Source: an uncultured Clostridia bacterium
Lineage (GTDB): Bacteria; Bacillota; Clostridia; Oscillospirales; CAG-272
Direction: 5' to 3'
DNA: 58,356 nucleotides
Assembly: GCA_947302045.1 (NCBI GenBank)
Contig: CAMYUQ010000002.1
Location: forward strand, 1-58,356
Shown here piece by piece: positions 26,522-34,330 of the stretch. A program made the translations under genes and the position numbers. A model generated the notes under the pieces. The model was not told the DNA's origin. It did no database searches and was given only the letters and a program-made list of their open reading frames with translations. Position 1 is the first letter of the stretch; every line of letters starts with the position of its first letter.

Positions 26522-29500
26522 TTATTTGAAGGTGATCTCTGCGTAGATCGGATAGTGGTCGGAGGGGTTGTCGGTAATGGGAGAAATATACGTCCAGGTA
26601 ACCTTGCTCGTCACCGTCTGGTAATTGCTCGATGTCAGCACGTTCCCCGTGTAGTAGCACCAGTCGAGGATCCATCCGCTCTCCGGGAAGGTTGCGGTAA
26701 GCCCATTGTCGGCTGCGGAACCCATTTCTGTGGTCCACGCGTAGGGTGCATAGCCCTTGATGTTGTGCTCCGTCAGGAAATCGGTGTAAGCCGTGTTTGC
26801 GTTGGCGAAGCCGCCATCTCTCTTCATCTGCACAATATTCACCCAACGCGCTTCGTTGGCGTTGAGGTCGCCCAGGATGATGGTCGGGATGCCCTGGAAA
26901 TTGGCGTTAATGTAGTCGATCAGCTTTTCCGCGCTCGTTCCGGGTTTTTTCAGATCGAAGTGCGCTGAAACCACATAGAAGATCGCGTTATCCTCGATTC
27001 GTTTCAGTTTTGCCCAAACGCCTGTTCTCGTAAATCCGTCGCCGGTGGTGTTCTCGTCGTCGGTTACCGGCACGGTCAGATCGGCATAGCCGGTTGCCAG
27101 AGCGGTATAGAGGGTAGTGTCGTACATCAGGGCTGTGGTTCTGCCTGCCGGCTGATAAACGGTGTAGGTGCGCGTGCCGTTCGATTTGCAGGACGAGGCA
27201 AGCGAGGAAGCCGAAAGCGCGTCGCATTCCTGGAGACATACGATCTCGGGGTTCTTGAGCGCGATCGTCTTGGCAAGACCTTCTTTCCGGTTCGATACCA
27301 TCAGATCGCGCCCGCCGACTTGATATTCGCCGTCCTTGACGTTGTAGGACATGAGCTTGATCGGGGTATCATTCGCTTCGCCGAACGAGATGTCGGTGGA
27401 GCCCCTTTTGCCGAAGAGGATCGTTCCGTCGTCTTTGACGATGAAAGGAGTTGCATAGAAGGTGACGTCGCCGATATAGGCAGGAATGTCTTTCACCGTC
27501 ACCGCGTAGATCCAGGAGTCGCCCTCGTGGATCTGGCTTGCGGTTTTGGTGCTCGCAGCAGCTCCGGGCACGACGTTTTCCCGCAACTCAGCATAGACGA
27601 ATTTCGAATACATGGTCCAGCCGTGCGTCTTGGTGCCTTCGCTGTCGGTATAGGTGGCGATGATCTGATAGCCAGCCAGCGCAATATCCGAAACATCCAA
27701 GCCGAGCGTGGAAGCGAAACGGACCTTGGAAGGCATCACGCCGTTTGCCTGATCGCCGTTGTGCTGTACGAAGCCCGCCGTGCCGCCGGTGATCGCGTTA
27801 TCATCGGTCTTCTCGAAAGATTCGGACGCAGAATAACTTCTCGTGCATCCATAGTTTCTCGAACCGTTCCAGCTTTCTTTCACTTCTCCGGTTTCCACGT
27901 CGCGTTCGTTGAGGTTCACGGCAACCAGGTTGATCGCCTCTGCCGGTGTGACAAGGGTTCCGACGCCGATGAAGGCGCGCGCGTGGTCGGCACGGACGGT
28001 CACATTGCTGACGTAGGAATTTTTCGCGACGATCGTATCATGACTTCCGCGCGGGGAAACCTTGCCGAGGAAGGAGCCGGCGTATTCTTTCGATCCGCTG
28101 GTCTGACCGTAGGTATCGTCGTCGCCGACCGCGTCGATCGCGCAGTTGTAAACGGCGCTGTCATCGATCGTGATGGTATAGTAGATGTCGCTTTCCGTGC
28201 CGCCGGCATGGCCGATGAAGCCGCCCGCCGCACAGTCTTTGGAGCTATCCGCCGTATAGTTGACCTTGATATCGCCGGTGTTGGTGCATCCGGTGATCGT
28301 GATGGTGGTATTCGAGCCGACTGTGCCGGAGTTGTTGAAGCCGCCGATGAGACCGCCCGCTACGCCGTAAGCCGTACCGTTGGCAAGTCCGGTGATATTG
28401 CCGGTGTTGGTGCAGTTCGTGAGGGTGACCTTGGTGCCGGCAGCGTAAACGCCGACGAAGCCGCCCGCTTGTGAAGCAGTGATATCGCCGTTGTTGACGC
28501 AGTTCACGAATTCCACGGTTCCGGTTGCCATCGAACCGACAAAGCCGCCGATCTTATGGTTGTTGTTGGCACTGCCGGAGCCGCCGTTCTGGAGATAATC
28601 GCCGTTGTTGACACAGTTCTCAAACCGAACCGTCCCGGCAATCGTCAGGGTGGCAAAGAAGGCACCGTTCGTATTGCCCGAACCAAGCAAGGAGCGATTG
28701 TTCGTGACATTCCGGATGATCGAGGTTTCTCCCGCCATGATCTCGGAAGAAGTGGCATTGGTTCCGAACAGCGTTTTCTGACTGTTCGCCATTGTAAAGG
28801 AGGAACCGCCCGGCTCGGTCAGATCGGAGAAGATAAGGTTTTCGATCACACAATCGTGAAGCGGATAGCAGAAGTAAGCACCACTTTGGAAATTGTAGAT
28901 GGTGTGGTTGCCGCCGTCAAAGGTACCCGCGATGCCGCCCAAACTCGACTGGCTCGACATGGTAATATCGGCAGCCAGACGAATAGTCATCGACGGATCG
29001 GTACCGTACGCCGAGAACGCCGCTCTCAAGCCCTTTTCGGTTCCAACCTCAATCACCGTTGGTGCGGCGGCAGATTCTCCGGTTGCGGAGATTTCAAACA
29101 GCCACGTGCCTCCGGTTACCCGACCGGATGTGCCCGAAACCGCAAAGGCAACGTATTTTGCGACGTTGTTCCCCATCCAGACTTCCAACGTTGCGACACC
29201 ATCCTCAACCGAAGTCCATCTGGATTGCGCTTGCATCCCCTCATAGGACGCTCCCACATACCAGTTGATCCCGTTGGGACTATATAGAATGTCAAACGAC
29301 TTATGGTTGTCTACATTATCGCCGTCAAGTATTGCCTGAATCGTGACCGTTTTCAAGGCGACCGTATCATCCAGCGTAAACTTATAAACGCCATAATATT
29401 TACCGATACCGGATGTCAAATAATCATTGATATTGACGGTCGTCCCGTCACCATCATGACTGGAATCCCGGACAATTTCATTGGTCGCGTTCAAATAGAT

Positions 29501-30400
29501 TGCGGGGAAATAGTCGTTCACGCCATAAGAATAAGTATAGGAACTGGTATTGCCGTCATACGCGTACGTGATCGGGTTGGAATCTTTCAACGAGTAGGTT
29601 TCCGCACGGCGATTGCTGGCGCTCCCAGACAAGAATGCTTTATAGCCCTCGAAGGAGCCACCCGTGATCGAAACGCTCGGAGCGGAAACAACCGTTCCGG
29701 TTGCGGCAATTTCAAACAGCCACAAACCGCCGGTTTCCTGACCGGACGCAGCCGAAACCGCAAACGCAATGTGTCTTGCGCCCACGCCTTCCATCGGGAC
29801 ATTCAAGGTATAAATACTGCTTGCAAATGAATCCCAACTTGCCGGCGCCGTCATGTTCGTGTAGGATGCCGCCACCGCCCAATGAATTCCGTCCGGACTG
29901 TACAAAATGTCAAACGCTTTGTTGGAGTCCACGGCACTGCCGTCAGGTTTTGCCTTGATCGTGACGGTATCCAATTCAGCAAGACCTTCCAAAGCGAAAC
30001 TGAAAACACCGTAATATTTGCCCAAGCCGGACGCCACATAGGTGTTGAAATTGACGTCCACTTCCACATTGTCGTAAGTTTTATCCCGCACAAGCTCTCC
30101 GGACGCGTTGATATACTGTTCCGGATAATAGGACACGACGCTATAAGCACTTGTCCAAGTACTCGCATTCCCATCGAATGCGTTGGTGATCGGGTTCGTA
30201 TCTCTGAGCCCATACTCATTGGCGCGCTGTTTGTAACGAGTGCCACCGTCGTTTGCCTTCAGCCAACCTTTGTAACCTTCAAAGGATCCGCTCACGATCG
30301 AGATGGACGTCGGCGTTGCAGAAACCGGCACCGCGATTACGGGGATCAGAAGCAAAACCATGACCGCCGCGAGCAGGAAACTCAAAATTCTCTTTTTCAT
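26522..30400 (-). CDS. secreted multidomain protein (1292 aa): signal peptide, 2x discoidin-like module, GLUG-repeat beta-helix, beta-sandwich, C-terminal EEP phosphoesterase
   Basis: Start set at MKKRILSFLLAAVMVLLLIPVIAVPVSA (ATG 30400, GGAGA SD). The 37-codon upstream extension of track ORF 26522..30511 was rejected. Two NAFDGN/YAYDGN...W modules. AGTFDGGNHTIYNF. Many GGF[VI]G...C.N.G repeats. EEP motifs LMSYNVKDGE, VCLQECDA, IILGDLNANEARWVN, NPSDHYPIYAEITFK. Confidence 0.8.
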   Translation of the reverse strand: MKKRILSFLLAAVMVLLLIPVIAVPVSATPTSISIVSGSFEGYKGWLKANDGGTRYKQRANEYGLRDTNPITNAFDGNASTWTSAYSVVSYYPEQYINASGELVRDKTYDNVEVDVNFNTYVASGLGKYYGVFSFALEGLAELDTVTIKAKPDGSAVDSNKAFDILYSPDGIHWAVAASYTNMTAPASWDSFASSIYTLNVPMEGVGARHIAFAVSAASGQETGGLWLFEIAATGTVVSAPSVSITGGSFEGYKAFLSGSASNRRAETYSLKDSNPITYAYDGNTSSYTYSYGVNDYFPAIYLNATNEIVRDSSHDGDGTTVNINDYLTSGIGKYYGVYKFTLDDTVALKTVTIQAILDGDNVDNHKSFDILYSPNGINWYVGASYEGMQAQSRWTSVEDGVATLEVWMGNNVAKYVAFAVSGTSGRVTGGTWLFEISATGESAAAPTVIEVGTEKGLRAAFSAYGTDPSMTIRLAADITMSSQSSLGGIAGTFDGGNHTIYNFQSGAYFCYPLHDCVIENLIFSDLTEPGGSSFTMANSQKTLFGTNATSSEIMAGETSIIRNVTNNRSLLGSGNTNGAFFATLTIAGTVRFENCVNNGDYLQNGGSGSANNNHKIGGFVGSMATGTVEFVNCVNNGDITASQAGGFVGVYAAGTKVTLTNCTNTGNITGLANGTAYGVAGGLIGGFNNSGTVGSNTTITITGCTNTGDIKVNYTADSSKDCAAGGFIGHAGGTESDIYYTITIDDSAVYNCAIDAVGDDDTYGQTSGSKEYAGSFLGKVSPRGSHDTIVAKNSYVSNVTVRADHARAFIGVGTLVTPAEAINLVAVNLNERDVETGEVKESWNGSRNYGCTRSYSASESFEKTDDNAITGGTAGFVQHNGDQANGVMPSKVRFASTLGLDVSDIALAGYQIIATYTDSEGTKTHGWTMYSKFVYAELRENVVPGAAASTKTASQIHEGDSWIYAVTVKDIPAYIGDVTFYATPFIVKDDGTILFGKRGSTDISFGEANDTPIKLMSYNVKDGEYQVGGRDLMVSNRKEGLAKTIALKNPEIVCLQECDALSASSLASSCKSNGTRTYTVYQPAGRTTALMYDTTLYTALATGYADLTVPVTDDENTTGDGFTRTGVWAKLKRIEDNAIFYVVSAHFDLKKPGTSAEKLIDYINANFQGIPTIILGDLNANEARWVNIVQMKRDGGFANANTAYTDFLTEHNIKGYAPYAWTTEMGSAADNGLTATFPESGWILDWCYYTGNVLTSSNYQTVTSKVTWTYISPITDNPSDHYPIYAEITFK

Positions 30401-30455
30401 AAATAGTTTTTCTCCTTTTTTCAAAGTTGTTTTCGGGGTCGCGTTTTTTCCGAGA

Positions 30456-30599
30456 TCAGAAGAAGATATCCGTTCCCCAGGACGCTCCTCCTCCATTATT
30501 CTCTCCATCATATACGGTATCGATGGTGGAAAGCGTCAGGATATCCGGCTCTGCAGGGAATACTACGAATACATCGGGCGTACAGTACTGTTTCTTCAT
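30456..30599 (-). CDS. conserved small ORF P2 (47 aa), upstream partner of the 1292-aa gene
   Basis: Hand translation: MKKQYCTPDVFVVFPAEPDILTLSTIDTVYDGENNGGGASWGTDIFF*. GGAGG lies 7 nt upstream (30607-30611 complement). 55 nt upstream of the 1292-aa gene start. Confidence 0.6.
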   Translation of the reverse strand: MKKQYCTPDVFVVFPAEPDILTLSTIDTVYDGENNGGGASWGTDIFF

Positions 30600-30693
30600 G
30601 AAATACCCTCCTTTCACTCTTTCGGGTTCCATTGTTGATTTTGTTTTCGTCTATTTCCAACCGGCAACGCCGGTTTGAAAGCCAGTGGGTTAT

Positions 30694-30744
30694 CATCTGT
30701 GCGAAATCGCACAGATGGAAATGGGGTACCCCATTTCCTTTTTT
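30694..30744. terminator. pair of strong hairpins (insulator or terminator) between the GH130 operon and the exported-protein array
   Basis: catctgtgcg-aaat-cgcacagatg (30694-30717) and ggaaatgggg-ta-ccccatttcc (30717-30738), followed by T6 on the + strand and preceded by A6 when read on the minus strand. Confidence 0.5.
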
Positions 30745-30748
30745 CAAT

Positions 30749-32305
30749 TTATTCGGTGAACTCCACGAAAACCGCCGAATTGCCGACCATCGAAAGCTCG
30801 ATGCTCTCCTCACCGCTCTGCACGGTGGTCTTTCGGATTTTCGGGACCAGATGCGAATATTTTTCGTAGGGCGCCGGGTCGAAGCCCTCGGTCATGACCT
30901 CGGGAGAATCTTCCGACCATCTTCCCTTGGTTTCCAGCCCCCGGGCGTTGCGATCCTTTTCCCAATGCGGGAAGAAATTCGCCTCGTCGTCGATGAACCG
31001 GCATTCCGCCGTTCCCTCGCCGTCCCGCTTCTTCGTCGGCAGGGTCAGCCGCACCGTCACCGGATCGTTGAAGAACGGCCTGCCCGGTTTGTAGTTATAC
31101 ACCATGACGAGCGTTTTGCCCTTGCCGTCGGTCGCCGCGATGCTATGCACCCGGAAATCGGTCGACGTCATGCGCAGGATGCTTTTTTCATCTGCGTCCG
31201 GGTCGCTCTCCACCTGCGTCATGCCCACCATGCGGTAGTAGTTTTCCGCCATGTGCGAACCGAGCGACTTGATGCCGCCCATCAGCCCGCCCGAACGGTA
31301 GCTCCACGCCGCGAAATAGTCGACGTTGAAATTCACCATCTGCCAGAGCAGGTCGGCGTCCATTGCCGCTTGATAACGGTAGCCCACCGTGCGCGGAGAA
31401 AGCTCCTTGCCGTCCAGCCCGCTGTTCACTCTGCCTTCCTCGCAGGTGAGCGGCAGGTTTTCCAGCCCGTATTTTTTCGCCTTTCTGCGGATCAGGTTCG
31501 CGATCTGCGCCAGCGTCATTGTGCATATACTCGCCGGCGTCGCGTCGTAGAACGAAAAGCCCATGTAGTCGAGCTTCACCCGCTTGCCGTTTCTCGCGTT
31601 GCGATCCTGCGCGCAGTGGCGGATGAATTCCTCGGGTTCAAACACGTTCAGCTTCACGATCTCGCGCATCATCATCGCGTGCGCTCCGACGATCACGTCG
31701 TCGCCGAGCGAATCGGTGATCGCCGCAACCGTGTTGTCGTAGATCTCGCAAAAGATCTTGCCCGCCGTTGCCGGATCCTCGGAAGCTTTGAACCATTCCT
31801 TGTTCTCAAACTCCGTAAAGCACCCCCATCTCCACGTCCGAACCTCTTCGATCCCGAACTTTTCTTTGAGTGCCTCGCAGAGCGCATATATATAATTGTA
31901 GTAATCGTCCATCCGTTCCGGGGGGTGCGAGTTCACTTCAAACCGCGCGATCACCGGGTCCGCCGAGAATTTGAGCGGGATGCTCCCGGTTTTGAGAAAG
32001 GGCTTCGCGCCCAGCCGCAGAGCGTTTTCGCAAGCGGTCAGAAGCTGGGTAAAATCGTAATCGTCCATCACCGTGCGGTCGAGCGGATCGCGGAAAAGGT
32101 CTCTCCCCTCGTTTCCGCCGGTCGCCGTCATAAACTGGACGCGCTCAATAAACGGATTGTCGCGCTTGACCTGCCCGTCCTCGCCGCGGCCGAGAAAGCT
32201 CTCGCGGTAGTCCCAGATGCAGATCGTGCTGACTTTATTATTTAATGTACGGATTTTCTTTTCGGGATTCACCCGGATATCATAGGTTTTCATTTTTCCA
32301 GGCAC
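30749..32305 (-). CDS. putative TIM-barrel glycoside hydrolase (GH39-related), low confidence
   Basis: 518 aa, no signal peptide. VRTWRWGCFTEFENKEWF sits where clan GH-A enzymes carry the W.xWNEP acid/base motif, followed by (V)IVGAHA as in GH39. Overlaps and is probably coupled with the GH130 gene. Start is 32305 or 32293. Confidence 0.4.
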   Translation of the reverse strand: MPGKMKTYDIRVNPEKKIRTLNNKVSTICIWDYRESFLGRGEDGQVKRDNPFIERVQFMTATGGNEGRDLFRDPLDRTVMDDYDFTQLLTACENALRLGAKPFLKTGSIPLKFSADPVIARFEVNSHPPERMDDYYNYIYALCEALKEKFGIEEVRTWRWGCFTEFENKEWFKASEDPATAGKIFCEIYDNTVAAITDSLGDDVIVGAHAMMMREIVKLNVFEPEEFIRHCAQDRNARNGKRVKLDYMGFSFYDATPASICTMTLAQIANLIRRKAKKYGLENLPLTCEEGRVNSGLDGKELSPRTVGYRYQAAMDADLLWQMVNFNVDYFAAWSYRSGGLMGGIKSLGSHMAENYYRMVGMTQVESDPDADEKSILRMTSTDFRVHSIAATDGKGKTLVMVYNYKPGRPFFNDPVTVRLTLPTKKRDGEGTAECRFIDDEANFFPHWEKDRNARGLETKGRWSEDSPEVMTEGFDPAPYEKYSHLVPKIRKTTVQSGEESIELSMVGNSAVFVEFTE

Positions 32306-33207
32306 GCCTTCACGATCTCGTCAATTTTGCCGGTCGCCAGACCGATATTCGTATCTGCCGCGCCGTAGTAGATTTTCAGCGTTCCGTCCGGCTCGGGCAG
32401 CGCGTTGCAGGCAAACGTCACGTTTGCAACTCTGCCGCGCATCTCGTAGTCGTGCTCCGGCCAGAGGATGAAGTCCTTCGTGTGCCCGATGATCTTCGCC
32501 GGATTCTCGGCGTCCAGAATGCACGCTTTGAGCCGGTAGATAAACCCGTTGCAGGTGGTGGAAACGGTGTGGTAGATTTCAAGCCACCCTTCCTTGACCC
32601 GGATCGGCACCGCTCCGGCTCCCATCTTGAAACCGTCCATGAACGGCTTGCCGTTGAATTTGACCGGTTCGCTCTTGCCCCAGAACACCAGGTCGGGCGA
32701 ATAGCTCACCCACATCGAGCAGGGATCCTGCTCGTTGCCGAACGGACGGTCGAGCCGGCAGTAAAGCCCGTTGATCTTCTCCGGGAAGAGCGCGCCGTTG
32801 CGGTTGCCCAGCTCCGATGCCGTTGCAACCCGCTCAAATTTTTTGAAGTCCCTCGTTTTCAGGATCCCGATGCGAACGTCGTTCTGCAAGAGGTCGCTCG
32901 CGTAGAGGATGATGTAGTCGTCGCCGAATTTCGTGATCCGCGGATCGTAGGTGTTCATTTCGGGATGCGTGGGATCCGGCGCCGGCCATGCGGGAGGCGT
33001 GGGATCCGGCGTGAAATGATAACCGTCCTTGCTCCGCGCGATCCAGATGCGGTGAATATCGTCAAGAGTGGTCACGTCCATCATCAGGATATATTCGTCC
33101 CCGAATTTGATCGCGCCGGGATTGAAGGTATACAAACATTCGATCGGCATTTGCGCCGGCGTCATCACAGGGTTCTGCGCGTATTTTTCAAGAAGTCTCT
33201 TTTTCAT
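32290..33207 (-). CDS. glycoside hydrolase family 130 (beta-mannoside phosphorylase / glycosidase)
   Basis: 305 aa. NPGAIKFGDEYILMM, YDPRITKFGDDY, NRNGALFPEKING and KIYYGAADTNIGLA are characteristic of the GH130 five-bladed propeller. Confidence 0.85.
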   Translation of the reverse strand: MKKRLLEKYAQNPVMTPAQMPIECLYTFNPGAIKFGDEYILMMDVTTLDDIHRIWIARSKDGYHFTPDPTPPAWPAPDPTHPEMNTYDPRITKFGDDYIILYASDLLQNDVRIGILKTRDFKKFERVATASELGNRNGALFPEKINGLYCRLDRPFGNEQDPCSMWVSYSPDLVFWGKSEPVKFNGKPFMDGFKMGAGAVPIRVKEGWLEIYHTVSTTCNGFIYRLKACILDAENPAKIIGHTKDFILWPEHDYEMRGRVANVTFACNALPEPDGTLKIYYGAADTNIGLATGKIDEIVKACLEK

Positions 33208-33365
33208 GTTGTCGCCTGCTTTCTATGGTTTCCCGGCATACGCAGCCCCGCGCTCCCCGCCGGTTATTTTTCGTCGGATCGGCGTGCCCGATCTCCCCTG
33301 CAAACCGGCGGGATTTTTCCTGCCGAACAGTCGATTCTGTACACTTTCGCCAATCTTACACCTAT

Positions 33366-33394
33366 ATCATATCACAAAATAGGGCGTTTTTCAA
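33366..33394 (-). promoter_or_regulatory. putative promoter of the GH130 operon
   Basis: On the minus strand: TTGAAA, 17 nt, extended -10 TGaTATGAT. This leaves a 5' UTR of about 150 nt. Confidence 0.45.
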
Positions 33395-33400
33395 TAACTC

Positions 33401-33432
33401 TTTTTTACGATTCGTAACTTTTTTTTACGATT
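33401..33432. repeat. 12-nt direct repeat (ttttttacgatt x2, 20-nt period) just upstream of the GH130 promoter -35
   Basis: Identical copies at 33401-33412 and 33421-33432. Confidence 0.6.
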
Positions 33433-33706
33433 TTCCAAATTCTAGTTTTTCATAAAGCTGGATTTTATAACTTTTTCTGTGATTCTTCGCAAAATATGGA
33501 AAAAAAACGAGGGCGACCGAAAAGTTGCAAGCTTTTCGAAACGCCCCAAAAAAACGCAGTTTGATTCTTTTGTTTTGTTTTTTGAAATCACGGCTCAAAA
33601 ATTTCACCGCGGCAAGGCAGGGTCGTTTCCGAGGCAGATCGGCCGCGATACCCGAAAAACAGCCAAAAAGTGCTTTTTCGACCCCGTGTATCGATATTTC
33701 GGCGTT

Positions 33707-34330
33707 TTACGCCTTGATTTCCGGTGAATTTTCTCCGATCGGGATCACCCGGTCGGCAAAGCATTCGGCGTCGGCGGTGCTGTGCGTCACCAGAATTACG
33801 GTCGCTCCGCGCTTCTTGATCTCCTCCCGCAACGCAAGCGACAGTTCCCTTCTCATCGTTTCATCGAGTGCCGAAAACGGTTCATCCAGAAGATAGAGTT
33901 CCGCTCCCGTCATTTTCCCGTACGCAAGCGCGCGTGCCAGCGCGGCTCTGGATCGCATTCCTCCCGAGAGCTCCGTCGGTTTTTTTCCCGTACTCTCGCC
34001 GAGTCCTACAAATGCAAGTGCCTGCGCGATCGCCTTTTGCCTCTCTTCGGGTTTTTCTTTCGGCGGCAGAACCGCATCAATGTTCTCCTCCACCGTCAGC
34101 CACGGAAAAAGCCGCGGCTCCTGAAAAACGACCGCCGTTTTGTCTGTTTTCACCGTTAATTCGCCTGACTGCGGTTTTTCAAGACCTGCAAACAGCCGGA
34201 GCAGAGTCGTTTTTCCGCTCCCGGAGGAACCCATGAGCGCGATCAGCTCGCCTGCCCCCACACGCACGGAAAAATCCCGCAGGATCTCTTTTTTGCCGTA
34301 GGAAAAGCAGAGATTTTTTGCTTCGATCAT
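33707..34330 (-). CDS. ABC transporter ATP-binding protein (NitT/TauT family)
   Basis: Walker A GSSGSGKTT, signature LSGGMRSR, Walker B LYLLDEPFSALD. 207 aa. Confidence 0.85.
   Translation of the reverse strand: MIEAKNLCFSYGKKEILRDFSVRVGAGELIALMGSSGSGKTTLLRLFAGLEKPQSGELTVKTDKTAVVFQEPRLFPWLTVEENIDAVLPPKEKPEERQKAIAQALAFVGLGESTGKKPTELSGGMRSRAALARALAYGKMTGAELYLLDEPFSALDETMRRELSLALREEIKKRGATVILVTHSTADAECFADRVIPIGENSPEIKA

Noticed and set aside
22890-30400. Diversity-generating retroelement, or CRISPR-like repeats, behind the repeated variable beta-helix genes.
   Set aside because: No reverse transcriptase, template repeat or accessory gene is present. The repeats are ordinary paralogous coding sequence. 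No short regularly spaced repeat array exists anywhere in the window.
30401-30511. N-terminal extensions offered by the ORF track. Examples: 37 codons ahead of MKKRILSF in 26522..30511; also 3280..3531, 36129..36362, 37542..37673, 41179..41208, 42297..42329, 45988..46050, 48502..48570.
   Set aside because: In each case an internal Met gives a canonical N-terminus (signal peptide or family-typical start) with a properly spaced GGAGG-type SD. The upstream Met has no SD.
26205-30599. Interpreting P1/P2 as RiPP precursor peptides.
   Set aside because: No radical-SAM, LanM/LanB, YcaO, peptidase-transporter or other maturase gene lies anywhere in the window, and there is no Cys/Ser/Thr-rich core. 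I kept it as a generic small-protein finding, not as a RiPP cluster.
8206-33207. Calling the 25-kb one-strand block a horizontally acquired island or a defence island.
   Set aside because: There are no integrase, transposase, flanking direct repeats or tRNA at its borders, and no restriction-modification, toxin-antitoxin, Abi or Cas-like motifs. I could not compute a compositional difference by eye, so no claim is made.
33425-33896. ORFs of 60-123 aa in the AT-rich intergenic region between the GH130 and ABC operons.
   Set aside because: No SD sequences. They have Lys/Phe-rich low-complexity translations and overlap promoter and terminator-like sequence. I treated the region as non-coding regulatory DNA.
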